Shown: positions 1 to 10,728 of the stretch, piece by piece
Layout: each line of letters begins with the position of its first letter
Numbering within the stretch: position 1 is the first letter of the stretch
From: Vitrella brassicaformis CCMP3155
Lineage: Eukaryota > Protista > Chromerida
Direction: 5' to 3'
Assembly: GCA_001179505.1 (NCBI GenBank)
Contig: CDMY01000275.1
Coordinates: 124,001-188,000 of the forward strand
Length of the DNA: 64,000 nucleotides
The notes under the pieces: model-generated
The model's input: only the letters and a program-made list of their open reading frames with translations
What the model was told of the DNA's origin: nothing
Database searches by the model: none
Translations under genes and position numbers: made by a program

Positions 1-1630
1 GCCCGCCAGGCCAGGGTACTGTACCTGGAAGTGGGCGTAGCAGTGGCACATTGAAGCAAACGCAATTTGGAAGAACGGCGGCGCACTCCCACTCGACAGT
101 AGCAGATGACTCCCGGGCGGCGGAGGGCCGCTCATCCCACGATCACTCGCACAGTCATCTTCGCGGAATATCGACGACACGAGATGGGCCAGCAGCCAAC
201 ACACGTCATACCCGCACTCGCCCCACGCCTCCGCGAGCGCATGAGTGACCAGCACCTCAGTGGACGCGCTGCAATCCGCATCCTGCTGCCGAAGGTTGAG
301 CAGTGCAATGAAGCGGCACGCAAAGGCCATGAATGCGTTGCTGAAGACGAAGGCCAGGCCGAGCTGAACGACGGGTGAGGGGTCATTGCTCATGGCCATT
401 CCCTCCTCCCGCGGCACCACGGTATCCCGATCTCGATCAGCGTCACGCGCCAACTCGGCAAAGAACGACTGAAACAGCACTCGAGCCTGGAGCAACACAC
501 CACAAGATATATGCACAAAGCGGCCGTCCGTAAGGCACACGCAGGCAGTGTGCTGGTTGGGCTGGTCGACCAGGTAGAGAGCTTCCGCAGCCATGACGAC
601 CGAGACTTCTGGCGGGTCGGGAAGCGAGGGGCAGGGCGAAGTCGCATCCACAGGTGTCCACAGAGTTTGGACGAGCAGCCGCTGCAGCAGGGGCAGGGGG
701 GCTGGGGGATTGACCAGCGCCACACCGAGAGGCGTCCGGATGTAGTCAACCGCCGAACGGAAGAATGACAACAGCAGCTGACAAGAGGACAGCCAGACGA
801 CAGAGAAGTGTCGACCACCAAAATCTATCCTTCATGCCGACCTTTCTGTCACCGTCTTGTTGCCTGCCTACCTTCCATTCGGCGTGCGAGAGGGCTGCGA
901 GCGGTGGGAGGGCTCGCCTACCGACTGGCCATGCCAGTGCACCATACACATGGCCAGTCAGCCACTTCCAGAACCTGCCCCGCTCAGGCTCCCTGCCCGC
1001 TGCAACAGGACTCTCAGCCGACGCCCACAGGCCACTCGATGACCTGAGCGGAGCATCATCCGGCGGCGGCCGAGTCAAAGATTGGGGCGGAGGGGCATCC
1101 GAGTGCCGACTCATCGGCAGCCGCCGGCGCCGCCTTCCAGCAGATGAGCCGTTTGTCGTTTGTCTGTGTGTGTGTCTGTTTCGTTTCCGTCGCTGGGCCG
1201 ATGACGGGAGAATGGGCGTGAGGCTGTCCCATAGCTTGTCGATCGACACATCGGGCTGCACCAAAGGCGGACGAGAGGGATGCCTGAAAAAAGGCCCACA
1301 ACACAACACACGGTTCACTCACGTCTGTCCTGTCTGCCTCATTGCCTGTGCTCATTCAGCTCACCGGGTGGTGATATTTCCGTCACACAGCGGCCCATAT
1401 ATATTCAGCGTGGGCAGCTGCTGCTCCATGCTGACATCCAATCGCACCACACACGGCCCTCCATCCTTGGCGCTGTTCTGCACTGCAGTTGGCAGCCAGG
1501 CCGGCCCATCGATGGCCTCCTGGGGCGACGAGATCTGTATCTGCGTCAGCAGATGCGGCAGACGTCGGACGGCGCTCTTGGGTGGGGAAGAGGTGGAGCT
1601 CGTCGACGGAGATAAAATCTGCTCCGTCAT
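1..1630 (-). CDS. Hypothetical multi-exon protein; 3' end runs off the window start
   Basis: ATG at 1630 (MTEQILSPSTSS...). A GT-AG chain (donor ~1364, acceptors ~1285, ~777, ~486) keeps frame. The last exon (ARVLFQSFFAELAR...FFQIAFASMCHCYAHFQVQYPGLAG) is open to position 1. No family recognised. Confidence 0.6.
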
Positions 1631-1737
1631 GACGTGCTGCGGCCTTCTAAACAGCCTCCGCTCTCATTTTGTTCGGTTCTCCAAAGAGGGCATTTCTTTT
1701 GCGAGCTAAGCTCGCGATCCTCGAAACAAAACGCAGC
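1631..1737. promoter_or_regulatory. 107-bp bidirectional promoter with perfect inverted repeat GCGAGCT-A-AGCTCGC (1701-1715)
   Basis: Lies between divergent ATGs at 1630(-) and 1738(+). The palindrome is read directly from the sequence; its function is inferred. Confidence 0.5.
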
Positions 1738-2738
1738 ATGGCTTGGTAAGTAAGCAAGACACGACACGCTTGGCACACGCAGACAGGTGACTATCAGCCA
1801 GAGATCAGTTTGAAAGACAGGCTGCTTCGAGGGGATCTGCCAGTGTGTGTGGTTTCAACGCGGTGGGTGTTGTGTTGTGGTGTGGTGTGGTGTGATGTTG
1901 CAGGTGACTGTCGTGCCTTCTGTCGGCACCTGACTGTGTACGTCCGTCCGTTTGAATCGCCTTGGAGCGAGCTGCCTCCCTCCCTCAGCGTCTGTCTGCC
2001 AAGATGCCTGACAGTCTGATCCCCAAGAAGAACCGGAAGGTCATCTACGAGTACCTCTTCAGAGGTGAAGAAAGGAGGGGAGGGTGAAGGGAAGTAGGTC
2101 GACAATCGGGGGTTGGCTGGTTGTGTATGTCTGTGTGTCTGTGTGTGTGTGTGTGTCGTGGTTGGCTGGTTCGGTGCAGAGGGTGTGGTGGTGGTCAAGA
2201 AGGACCCGAAGCAGTCGGAGCATCCTGACATCGCCGGCGTGCCCAACCTGCACGTCATGATGGCACTCAGGTCACTCAAGTCGAGGGCTTACGTCGACGA
2301 AAAGTTCAACTGGTCAGCCACACACACACACAGCACCTCTCCCCCTCCCCCTCCCCCGCTCACTCACTCAGGGATGCTCACCTGTTCGTTCGTTCCGGTT
2401 GTGTCTGTCGTGGGGTGCGCAGGCTTCACCACTACTATTATTTGACCAACGAGGGCATCGAGTACCTCCGCGACTACTTGCATCTGCCCGCCAGCATCTT
2501 CCCCAACACCCTCACCAAGCAGCGACCCTCACGACCCGCCGGAGCCGGTCGAGGCGAAATGGGCGGCCCGCGCGACAAGGGAGACTTTGAACGGGGACCT
2601 TACGTAAGCAAGCCACCAGACAACACCAGACGAGTAATAGTGAGATGGGTCTGTTTGTGTGCCGTGTGTGTGTATCAGGGTGGCGATCGCCCTCGTGGAT
2701 TTGGACGCGGGCGCGGCGGGCCACGATTCGACTCGTGA
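1738..2738 (+). CDS. RPS10: 40S ribosomal protein eS10
   Basis: join(1738..1745,2015..2064,2180..2312,2423..2603,2679..2738) = 432 nt, all GT-AG. Translation [28 protein letters not shown]...[47 protein letters not shown]...RGG tail is a classic eS10. Confidence 0.97.
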
Positions 2739-3393
2739 ACGCCCCTCATCAACACGGCACTCCCTACCGCTTCTCACTGTTGATGAGGGGCGGGAAGGAA
2801 GGAGTGTTGGGTGTGGTGTGAGCGATGCGGTGGTCAGCGCGGCGACTGTGGGGATCGTTGCGTGCGTGAGCTTGTGCGGGTGATGCATCCATGATTTTGA
2901 CTTGTATGTGGAGTGGCGTGTGGTGATGTGACGCAATCCAATCCAATCATTGTAAGTGCCGTGTTTGATGAAGAAGGCCCACATATATACAACACACGGT
3001 GACGTCACTGATAGATAGGTTAAAGAGGGCGTGGCGTTTGTTCCGATCCATCCATCCATTAGCTCACGCAGCACACGCACACACATGTGGGGTGGGAGGT
3101 CATCGCCTGTTTGTTTCTGTCTGTACAGTCAATCAATCAGACACGGGACAGACCCAGGCCAACGGAAAGAGCAAGCAAAGCAAGGCGGGGAAGGCAGCCC
3201 AGCCCACCACACACGATATGAGGCACTCACTCCACCCCACTCCATTCATTATTCATTCAACACCACACACACCCAACGGCTGCACGAGTGAAAAAATACA
3301 CACACCGCAGGTCGTGTGTGTCCTTGCCCGTCTCTCCCCTCCCGCCCCGCCTGTCTACACCCCCACCCCCACCCCCCCTGCAGTATCCGCTGG

Positions 3394-4420
3394 CTAGTCC
3401 GAGTCGTCCCTGCGTCGCCGCTTCTTGGACCTGTGCTTGTCCTTGCTCCGCGACTTCTTGTGCTTCTTCCTCTTCTTGCGCTTCTCTCGCTTGCGCTTCC
3501 GGCGGCGACGCTCTGATGGTGGGTAGACACACACACAGCAACACACACGTTGACACCGGATATCGCCTCCTCTCGTGAGTGTGTGTGTGTGTTGTGTGAT
3601 GTGGCTTACCCTCCTCGCTGTCCGATGAGGAAGAGGACGAGCTGCCGGACTCACTGCGGACGTCATCCTGCGCGCAACAGACAACAACAACACACAGGCA
3701 CACAGGCACATGAGTTCAGCACACACTGGTGCATCGGTTGGTCATCAATCGGCTCTCTAAATCACCTCTTCCTCCTCGTCCTCGTCATCCGAGGCCACCC
3801 TCTCGGCGGGCTTGGCCGACTTCTTGGCCTTATCCTCCGCACCGCTCTGCTTCAACGCCACCAGGTTGCGGCACTGAAACGCCAAATGACCAACTGCACG
3901 CACAGAGACACGAGTGACACGACGACATACACGTGATGGAAAGGACGGCCATATCATCTGTGTGTAAGTGGCGTCTGTCTGCGTACGCTGTCCGCATTTG
4001 CGACATGCGCCAGGTGTGACGCTGCTGGAGTTGCCGGTGAGTCGAGCGAGGGCGAAGAGGCCCTTGGCCTTCTCATTGATGGCGGCCTGGTCCTCCACCT
4101 CCTTCTTCTGGTCGTCCGGCGCATACGGGTCGTGACCCATACGTTGCTGAAAACACACACACACACACGGAGGCCAACACGTACGTCACTTGGGTGTCCT
4201 CTTGCGCCCTCTGCGTGCCTCTCCTCACCCAAATTTCCGATGTCTTCAGCGAATCTGACACGCTAAGCCTGAAGACAACAAAACACCGATACGACACAGA
4301 CGTTCAGCAAGTGGCGGACGAAAGAGGTGCATGGCGGACGACGTCCAGGAGTGTGTGTGCCCGTTTGGTCATGTACCTGTTGTTGGCAGGCATCTTCACC
4401 CTTCCAGCAGTGGCCGGCAT
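3394..4420 (-). CDS. CAX-interacting protein 4 (CXIP4)-like zinc-knuckle protein with Lys/Arg/Ser-rich tail
   Basis: Spliced N-terminus MPATAGRVKMPANNRLSVSDSLKTSEIWQRMGHDPYAP matches the CXIP4 family start. CCHC knuckle CRKCGQVGHLAFQC, basic tail, TAG stop at 3394-3396. Confidence 0.88.
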
Positions 4421-4639
4421 GATGAAAGGAAACCTTGCTTCAGACTGTGTCTATTCGTCCAGAAAGCTGCGATTGGTTTGAGGCCTTTTCTGCGTTCTGA
4501 CTCTTCACTCTCTCGTGCGAGCTAAGGGTCGCTTAACCCTTCACGTGAAACCAGATTCAAATCTGCCAGCGACGCACACGAAGAGGACTACAGAACCCGG
4601 CAACATTCTGAAGCTCGTCAGCAGGGAAAAAACTGCAGC

Positions 4640-5220
4640 ATGAAGTTCGCGTTCGCTCTCATCGCCCTCTTTGCTGCTGTCGCGCTTGCGGAGCAGCTCC
4701 CGGGAGGGAGGCGGCCGTCGTATGCGTTCCTCACAGCGCCTGTTGGTGGCATGAGGAGCCCGATATCACTTCGATCACGCGCAGCCGCCGGTCTGCAGCC
4801 CTCGCGCCAACCGGCGGCATCTGTCTTGTGGATGGCTGACAAGGAGCAGGTGGCCACCGAGATGGACGCAGCCAAGCAGGCAGAGCTCGACGAGAAGGCG
4901 GCGAAGCGGGCGCAGCTGCTGGCTGAGGAGGAGGCCTACATCAAGCGATTCCAGGAGGGCGGCGCCTTCGTCGATGTCGATGGCAGAGACAAGTAAGCTC
5001 TCACACACACTCACGGCTCATTTCTCAAATCGTTTGCCCCGGATGCATCAATGGCTGTGTGTGGCTTGCTGCGCCCAGCATTTTGGCCGTGGAGCCCTCT
5101 CGTAAGAAGTCTACGCAGAAGGGGCTGACAGCCGAGCGGGGCATCGCCATCGGTCTGGGCGTCGTGGCGCTCGCGGTTGCTGCCTTCTCCATCATCAACG
5201 CGCCTAACGTCGAGTACTGA
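4640..5220 (+). CDS. Small plastid-targeted single-pass membrane protein, unknown function
   Basis: join(4640..4992,5079..5220). Signal peptide MKFAFALIALFAAVALA, then an Arg/Ser/Ala-rich transit-like region, an acidic helical segment, and a C-terminal TM helix GIAIGLGVVALAVAAFSII. Confidence 0.8.
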
Positions 5221-5998
5221 GCCAACGGCCTAGCGAGAGGGGGAGGGAGGGCCGACTGACTGACTAACTAACTCGGTGGCTGTGGTGCGTGTGGCTGCCT
5301 GTGTGCGGTAGTGACACTCTTTCTGTCGCTCACTCGCAGCAGCCTGTGTCCGCTTTTCCTTGATGTGTCCTGTACAGAGGGGGGTGGGGTTGTGTCGTCT
5401 GCTTGCTTGTCTTGCCGTCGGTTGGTTCGGTGTGTGTGTGGCCTGCCTGGCCACAGTTGGTTGAGTTGCTTTGGTCTGCGAATGCAGTCAGCCAACCAAC
5501 CGATGGATGGGAGGGACATTTTGATTGATGGGAGGACAAGGAAGGGTGGACAATCAATGAGTGTGTGTACATGCCATCCATGCTGCCCTGGCATGGTGGA
5601 GATCGATGGATGCCTGCATGGATTCCTGCCTGTGAGTGAGAGAGGGGAGGGCACACTGACTGACTGACTGACGGCATGATTTTTCCTCTCATGCGCTGAA
5701 CGAACACAGCCCTTTAGCTCAAACGACCGGTTTTGCATATCAAGGAGCGTTCGCATCCATCCATCTGGCTCAAGTCAGTCACGAAAGACCACACGGCACA
5801 CACACACACACATCCACACACGGGTTCTGGTTTGTACATGGCGACAGACAAATAGCACAGCTCTCTCTCTGCAACCGATCGAGCCGCTCTCGAGTGAAAA
5901 AGGTAACACCTTACCAGGCGAGCTTTATCCATAAAACGACACTCCTCCTTCCTCTCCTTGCCCTCCGTCCGTTCCCCCACGTGTGTCACATAGCGCAC

Positions 5999-7916
5999 TC
6001 ATCTTGCTGCCTTGGCAAGGCTCGGCTCTTCCGTCTTCCTGCGGCTCCTCCGGCCCGCCCTCATGTCGCGTATGATCTGACCAGCTATAAGCTTCCGCCT
6101 CGCCTTGAGGGCCGACCCTACACCCAGGCCCAGCGCACCGCCCGTGGCTGCGCCAGCAACGGCACCTATCGGGCCGAAAGCCACGCCGCCCACAATGCCG
6201 CCCACCACCGATGCAGCGGATGACAGGTGAAGCGACTTGAGCTTCGTTTTGCGATGCGATGCGTGCGCCAGCTCGACGGCGGCCTCTGCGGTGCGAAAAT
6301 GGGAGCTCTGAAGGCCCATATCGGTGTGGTCGAGGGCTGACTGGGAGGCGTCCACCTCTTTGGCAATCTGTTGCTGAAGCTCAAACAGATTGGCCAGGCA
6401 CTGTTCAATCTCCCGCAACTCCTAGAGGAAGAAGCGAAGAGAGAGGCCATCGAATACACACACCAATACGACACACAGGGAAGGAGGATGGAATGTTTAT
6501 GGAACGGGGAGTCACCTGTGTCTTTTCCTGCTGCAGTTCTTCCTCCAGGTCTTGCTGCAGCGCCATGGCCTCCACTTGAGACAGGTCCACCACTTGCGAA
6601 ATGAGCAGACCGCTGTCGTCGACCTCATCCTCATCACCCACACTCACAGACCGACCAACACCCGCACCACCCACCAGTTGCCCGCCATCGTCCGCTGCCA
6701 TTGGTGCCCTCTCCTCTCCAGGAGCCCCGCTCTCCCTCTTTTTGGCATTGTCAGCCGCCTCCAGCAGTGCCCAGTGTGTGGAGCAGAACTCCTGGTGCTT
6801 CGACTGAAGCCGCTGGAAGTCATGTCTGAGCTTGTTGACGTACGTGGCTGCCCTCCGACTCGTCTGCGCTGAATCGGTGGCCGCCGACTGGACGAACGAC
6901 TGTGTCGTCGAGGAGGAAGTGACGGATGCGAAGAACTCCCAAAGGCCCTTCTCCAGCTCGTTGCACCGGCCCATAAGGCTGGCGAAGTCCAGGAGCGGCG
7001 CATCGGCGGCGTCGGCATCCCCGCAGCGGGGACTCCTGTACTGGATGCGCAGCGCCGGCGCTTGCCTCTCCACCACTAGCAGCAGCTGTCCGAATTCCCT
7101 TAGAAGCGAAGCGGCCATATGTGGCTCGTCCATGTCAACCACGTCAGAAGCCGTCACGTTCTCGCTCGAGGCGGGAGGAGAGGTGACGTCAGAGGAGGTG
7201 GGGGGAGAGGGGGAAGGGTGGGGCTCCTGCTCGCTCGTGCTGGCATCATCTGATGAGCTGGGCGGGGCGACGGCTGTGTCCATGGTGTGGCGGGTCGTCA
7301 GGTCGGACAGGCTGACAGGCAGCGATAGCCGCATTGGAGCGATAAAGGACGACCAGCTGCCTCCACCTTTCCGTGGCTGCTGCTGCTGCTGCTGCGATTG
7401 AACCGACACATCTTCTCCCTCATCGCTCTTCGCTGCTCCCTTTTGCCGATGTCGTGTGGACGGGAGCCACGGAAACGCCCAAGAGGACTTCTCCTTCTTG
7501 GTCGCAGGCGCCACGCTCCCGTCTGTTGCATCAGGCTCTTGAGGAGCGGCTGAGGATGGCGAGAGGGGGGTCGGCTTCACCGCCGCCGTCCAGGGGAAGG
7601 GTCCAGCGGCAGGGTTGTCTTCTTGATCCAGCTTCCGCGTCACGAAGACCGGCCGATAGGTCGTCGTTGATGCGCTATCCTCGGCGCTCCGTTCCCTGGT
7701 GTGCGCGCGATACCTGACGCCATCTGTGGTCACCCATCCTTCGGCGTCCTTGAAGGCTCCATCTGGCTCAGGAGAGAGATCCACCTGAAAGAGGCGCTTC
7801 TGCCGCTCCCAGGTGCGGACGTCAAAGGTTGACGCGTCGTCGGTCTCAATGGTTGATGGCCGCCATTCGTTGTCGCTGTCGAGGAGCTGTGTTTCTCTCA
7901 CTGTGACCTTCTCCAT
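5999..7916 (-). CDS. Syntaxin-17-like Qa-SNARE with N-terminal DysF-like domain
   Basis: join(7916..6516,6421..5999), about 607 aa. SNARE motif ELREIEQCLANLFELQQQIAKEVDASQSALDHTDMGL, then a Gly-rich double hydrophobic segment VVGGIVGGVAFGPIGAVAGAATGGALGLGVG and a basic tail. Confidence 0.8.
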
Positions 7917-8064
7917 TTGCACTTTTCCTGCGTTCTCCGGCGTCTTCTTCAGCCAAGCTCGCAGATGGGGCAAGAGCAAAATTCTGTGAAACTGCTTCGC
8001 CGGGAAGAGCCAAAAGTGTCAGGAACGCAAACCACACTAGATCTGAGCTTGCGCCACGCTAATC

Positions 8065-10345
8065 ATGAGTCGTGCTGGTCAGCCCTCCGAGAATCTGGTG
8101 AGGCGGAACAGTCACGAGCTGCGGCGCATTCACTCATTCCTTCATTCACTCATTGATTGTGTCTGTCCGCCCACCTGCACGCACAGGATGGGAGTCCAGC
8201 GGTGCCATTCGACCAGCACGTTCGCCTGCTGGCCGATTACATCGAGGAGTACCTCGACGATGAGACGCTCAACGAGGGAGACCAGCCTGCAGGCTTTGAG
8301 GTGACCACCACAGCGACAGAACCAATGCGTTTCAGGCGTGCTCCGTGTGTGTGTGCATCAGGTGGAGGGGCGTTTGGGTGTGATTCGCGACAACTATGAC
8401 GAGCGCCTGAAGCTGCCCATCGAGTCAGAAGTGCTCCTCAAACCGCCGGTGAGGCGATCAGGCCGGACTGGAGTGAAGGGTGCTGATGCGCTGACCAGGT
8501 CTGCTGATCTGTGCCTGTCTGTCTTGCTTTATCTGTCCGTGTCGGCAGGATGACGACGAATTCTCATACCGGTTTGATCCTGGCGTGTCAGAGGTAGGTA
8601 TGCCAGTGCGCATGGAACGGAATCCACCATTCATTTCAGGTGGCACCTGTTGCCTGCCTGCCTGCTGTGTTTCAGAAACAGTTTCAGGACATCATGGCTC
8701 GCCTGAAGGACATGCTCGATCTCAGCGCTGCCAAGACCGACAGCTCAGCCCCGACCCCCTCCCAGCCCACGCCGCCCAAGCGTGGCCGCCATCGGGTGGT
8801 GAGTGCCAAGCAGGAGATCACCGACGACGAGTACCACCGAAGCCCGAGGCACCCGAATGAGGCTGTGCGTGTGACCTACCCCCACCCAAAGCCCGCCAAC
8901 GCCAAACCCAAAGAATTCACCAGGTGCGTGTGTGTGGGCAGTGAGGGAGGCAGGGGTGCGGGGACGGTGGATCGTCACCATGATGTGTTTCGGTTCGGTG
9001 CCGGTGCCATCTCATTCATGTCAGGAAGCAGAATCTTGTGACGCTTAATTTCTGGACGGGCCGGGACGAGTCGGATGCGCCGGGGACTGACGAGGAGCCG
9101 CGCCATCTGATAGACTTCAGAATCGCCATCAACCTCGAACACAGGGGTCAGTCAGCCCACAGCCAGGCGAGAGAGACCATCTATGGCACACAGGGCAGAC
9201 AGTGACGATCCGTGTGTTTGGTGTGGTGTGGTGTGTACTGCAGAGATCGTGTGTCCGAGTCCTGCCACCCTGACGTTCGCAAGAACACGAAATCGACAGT
9301 CTTACATGTGAGTGCTCGAGCCGGAGACCAAAGGACAGCTGCCCCCACGCCCATGTGGCTTCATCCATCCGACCGGCTGTGTGTCTGTGTGTATCTATCT
9401 CAGTTTGCAGGACTGGAGGATCGATTCGACTGTCGTGCAATCGGGCAAACCGGTGAGGAAGGTGGAAGGAAGCAGTTAATATTGACGAGCTCCTTTTACA
9501 CCTGTGGGCCCACGATGGATGTGTGTGTGTATGTGCAATGCAATGCGTCAGCGGGCTGACATGCAGGGACGGACCTATGAGCTTGAGGTGGAACTCAACG
9601 AGTGAGTGAGCGACACAACTTACAGTAATGGGCAGAGGGGGGTCAATCGCGTCGGTTCCTCCGTCCGTCGGCCCTTTTGCAGGGACTCGTTGCGCGAGCA
9701 GGTGACAAGGAAGAAGCAGGGAAAGGAACACAGACTATATCACGTACTCCAAGGTACACACACATGGACACACTCACATACACATACACACGTAGGCCTG
9801 CTTCCGCCTCTGTGTGTTGGCCTGACAGAGTTCTTCGGCGTGCTCCGCGATTGGTCGTCGTTCCTGAACCTTCACTCTGCCCCCATCAGTGTGGCCGACA
9901 CGGCACTCGCCATGCCGCACGCACAGGAGGGTGCACAAGACGGAGTCAAAAGTGAGAGCCGATGCCGCAGAACCGTGCAAGCCTGGGATGGGTGGCCATA
10001 TGCTGTGTTGTGTCTGAATGCTTCTTGGTCAGTTGCCGACCTTCGCGACTGCGCCCCACCGCAGAAGGTGCGCTGAACACGAGCTGGCTGGGAGGGAAAG
10101 GCAAATGTGTTGATGCTCCCTCTGTCTGTCTGTCTGTGTGTGTGTGTGATATGAAGAATGTGGAGATGTATTTGGCCACGATAGGTCCCGTGATGCCGCT
10201 CATCGGCGACTACCTCTTCACCGCAGTGGCGCCTGCACTGATGGAGGCAGACAGAGACAAGGAGAAAGAGACGCAGATGCAGACAGACGGTGCGGAATCA
10301 GACAAGGGAGATCAGGCGATGAATGGGCAACAACAGGGCAGGTGA
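8065..10345 (+). CDS. mRNA-capping RNA 5'-triphosphatase, Cet1/Prt1 (CYTH/TTM) family
   Basis: Spliced motifs: FEVEGRLG (motif A), VRVTY, DFRIAINLE, RTRNRQSY, WRIDSTVV, YELEVELN (motif C). Exon phases are consistent across about 12 exons. Confidence 0.88.
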
Positions 10346-10728
10346 TCTGAATGATCAGTCGTGGGGGCGTATGTGTTAGGTGTCGCATGTCTGTAGGATC
10401 TCACACATGTCATGAATGGACGGCAGATGTATGGTCACATGTATATCATGCAGTGTCTCAATACATACCAATCGATGGCACCAACCTTACTGACTGACAA
10501 ATAGACGACACACACATTGCATTGCACATGGATAAGATGAGCAAAATCAGCCATTCTCACCATCTATCCAACAGGGACACGCAGCAAAGCGGTACGATTC
10601 ACGATGGACGGAATACACAATGCATAGACGTCACATCGTCCCGGAATAGACAATGCATCGACTGGATCTCCGAAAAAACAGATAGGTCTAACAGATTGGA
10701 CAAGGACACAGACAGGTCTGGTGTGGTC

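Noticed and set aside
765-1709. 314-aa plus-strand ORF and many other track ORFs rich in VCVC/HTHT
   Set aside because: These are antisense shadows of GC-rich exons or translations of intronic microsatellites.
1892-2011. Possible C/D snoRNA in RPS10 intron 1
   Set aside because: The C box is imperfect (GTGATGT), there is no terminal stem, no recognisable rRNA guide, and the D box overlaps the branch/acceptor region.
4830-5220. PsbR identity for the small plastid protein
   Set aside because: Only the topology and a vague FVD..G similarity match. The conserved PsbR GYSPIY motif is absent.
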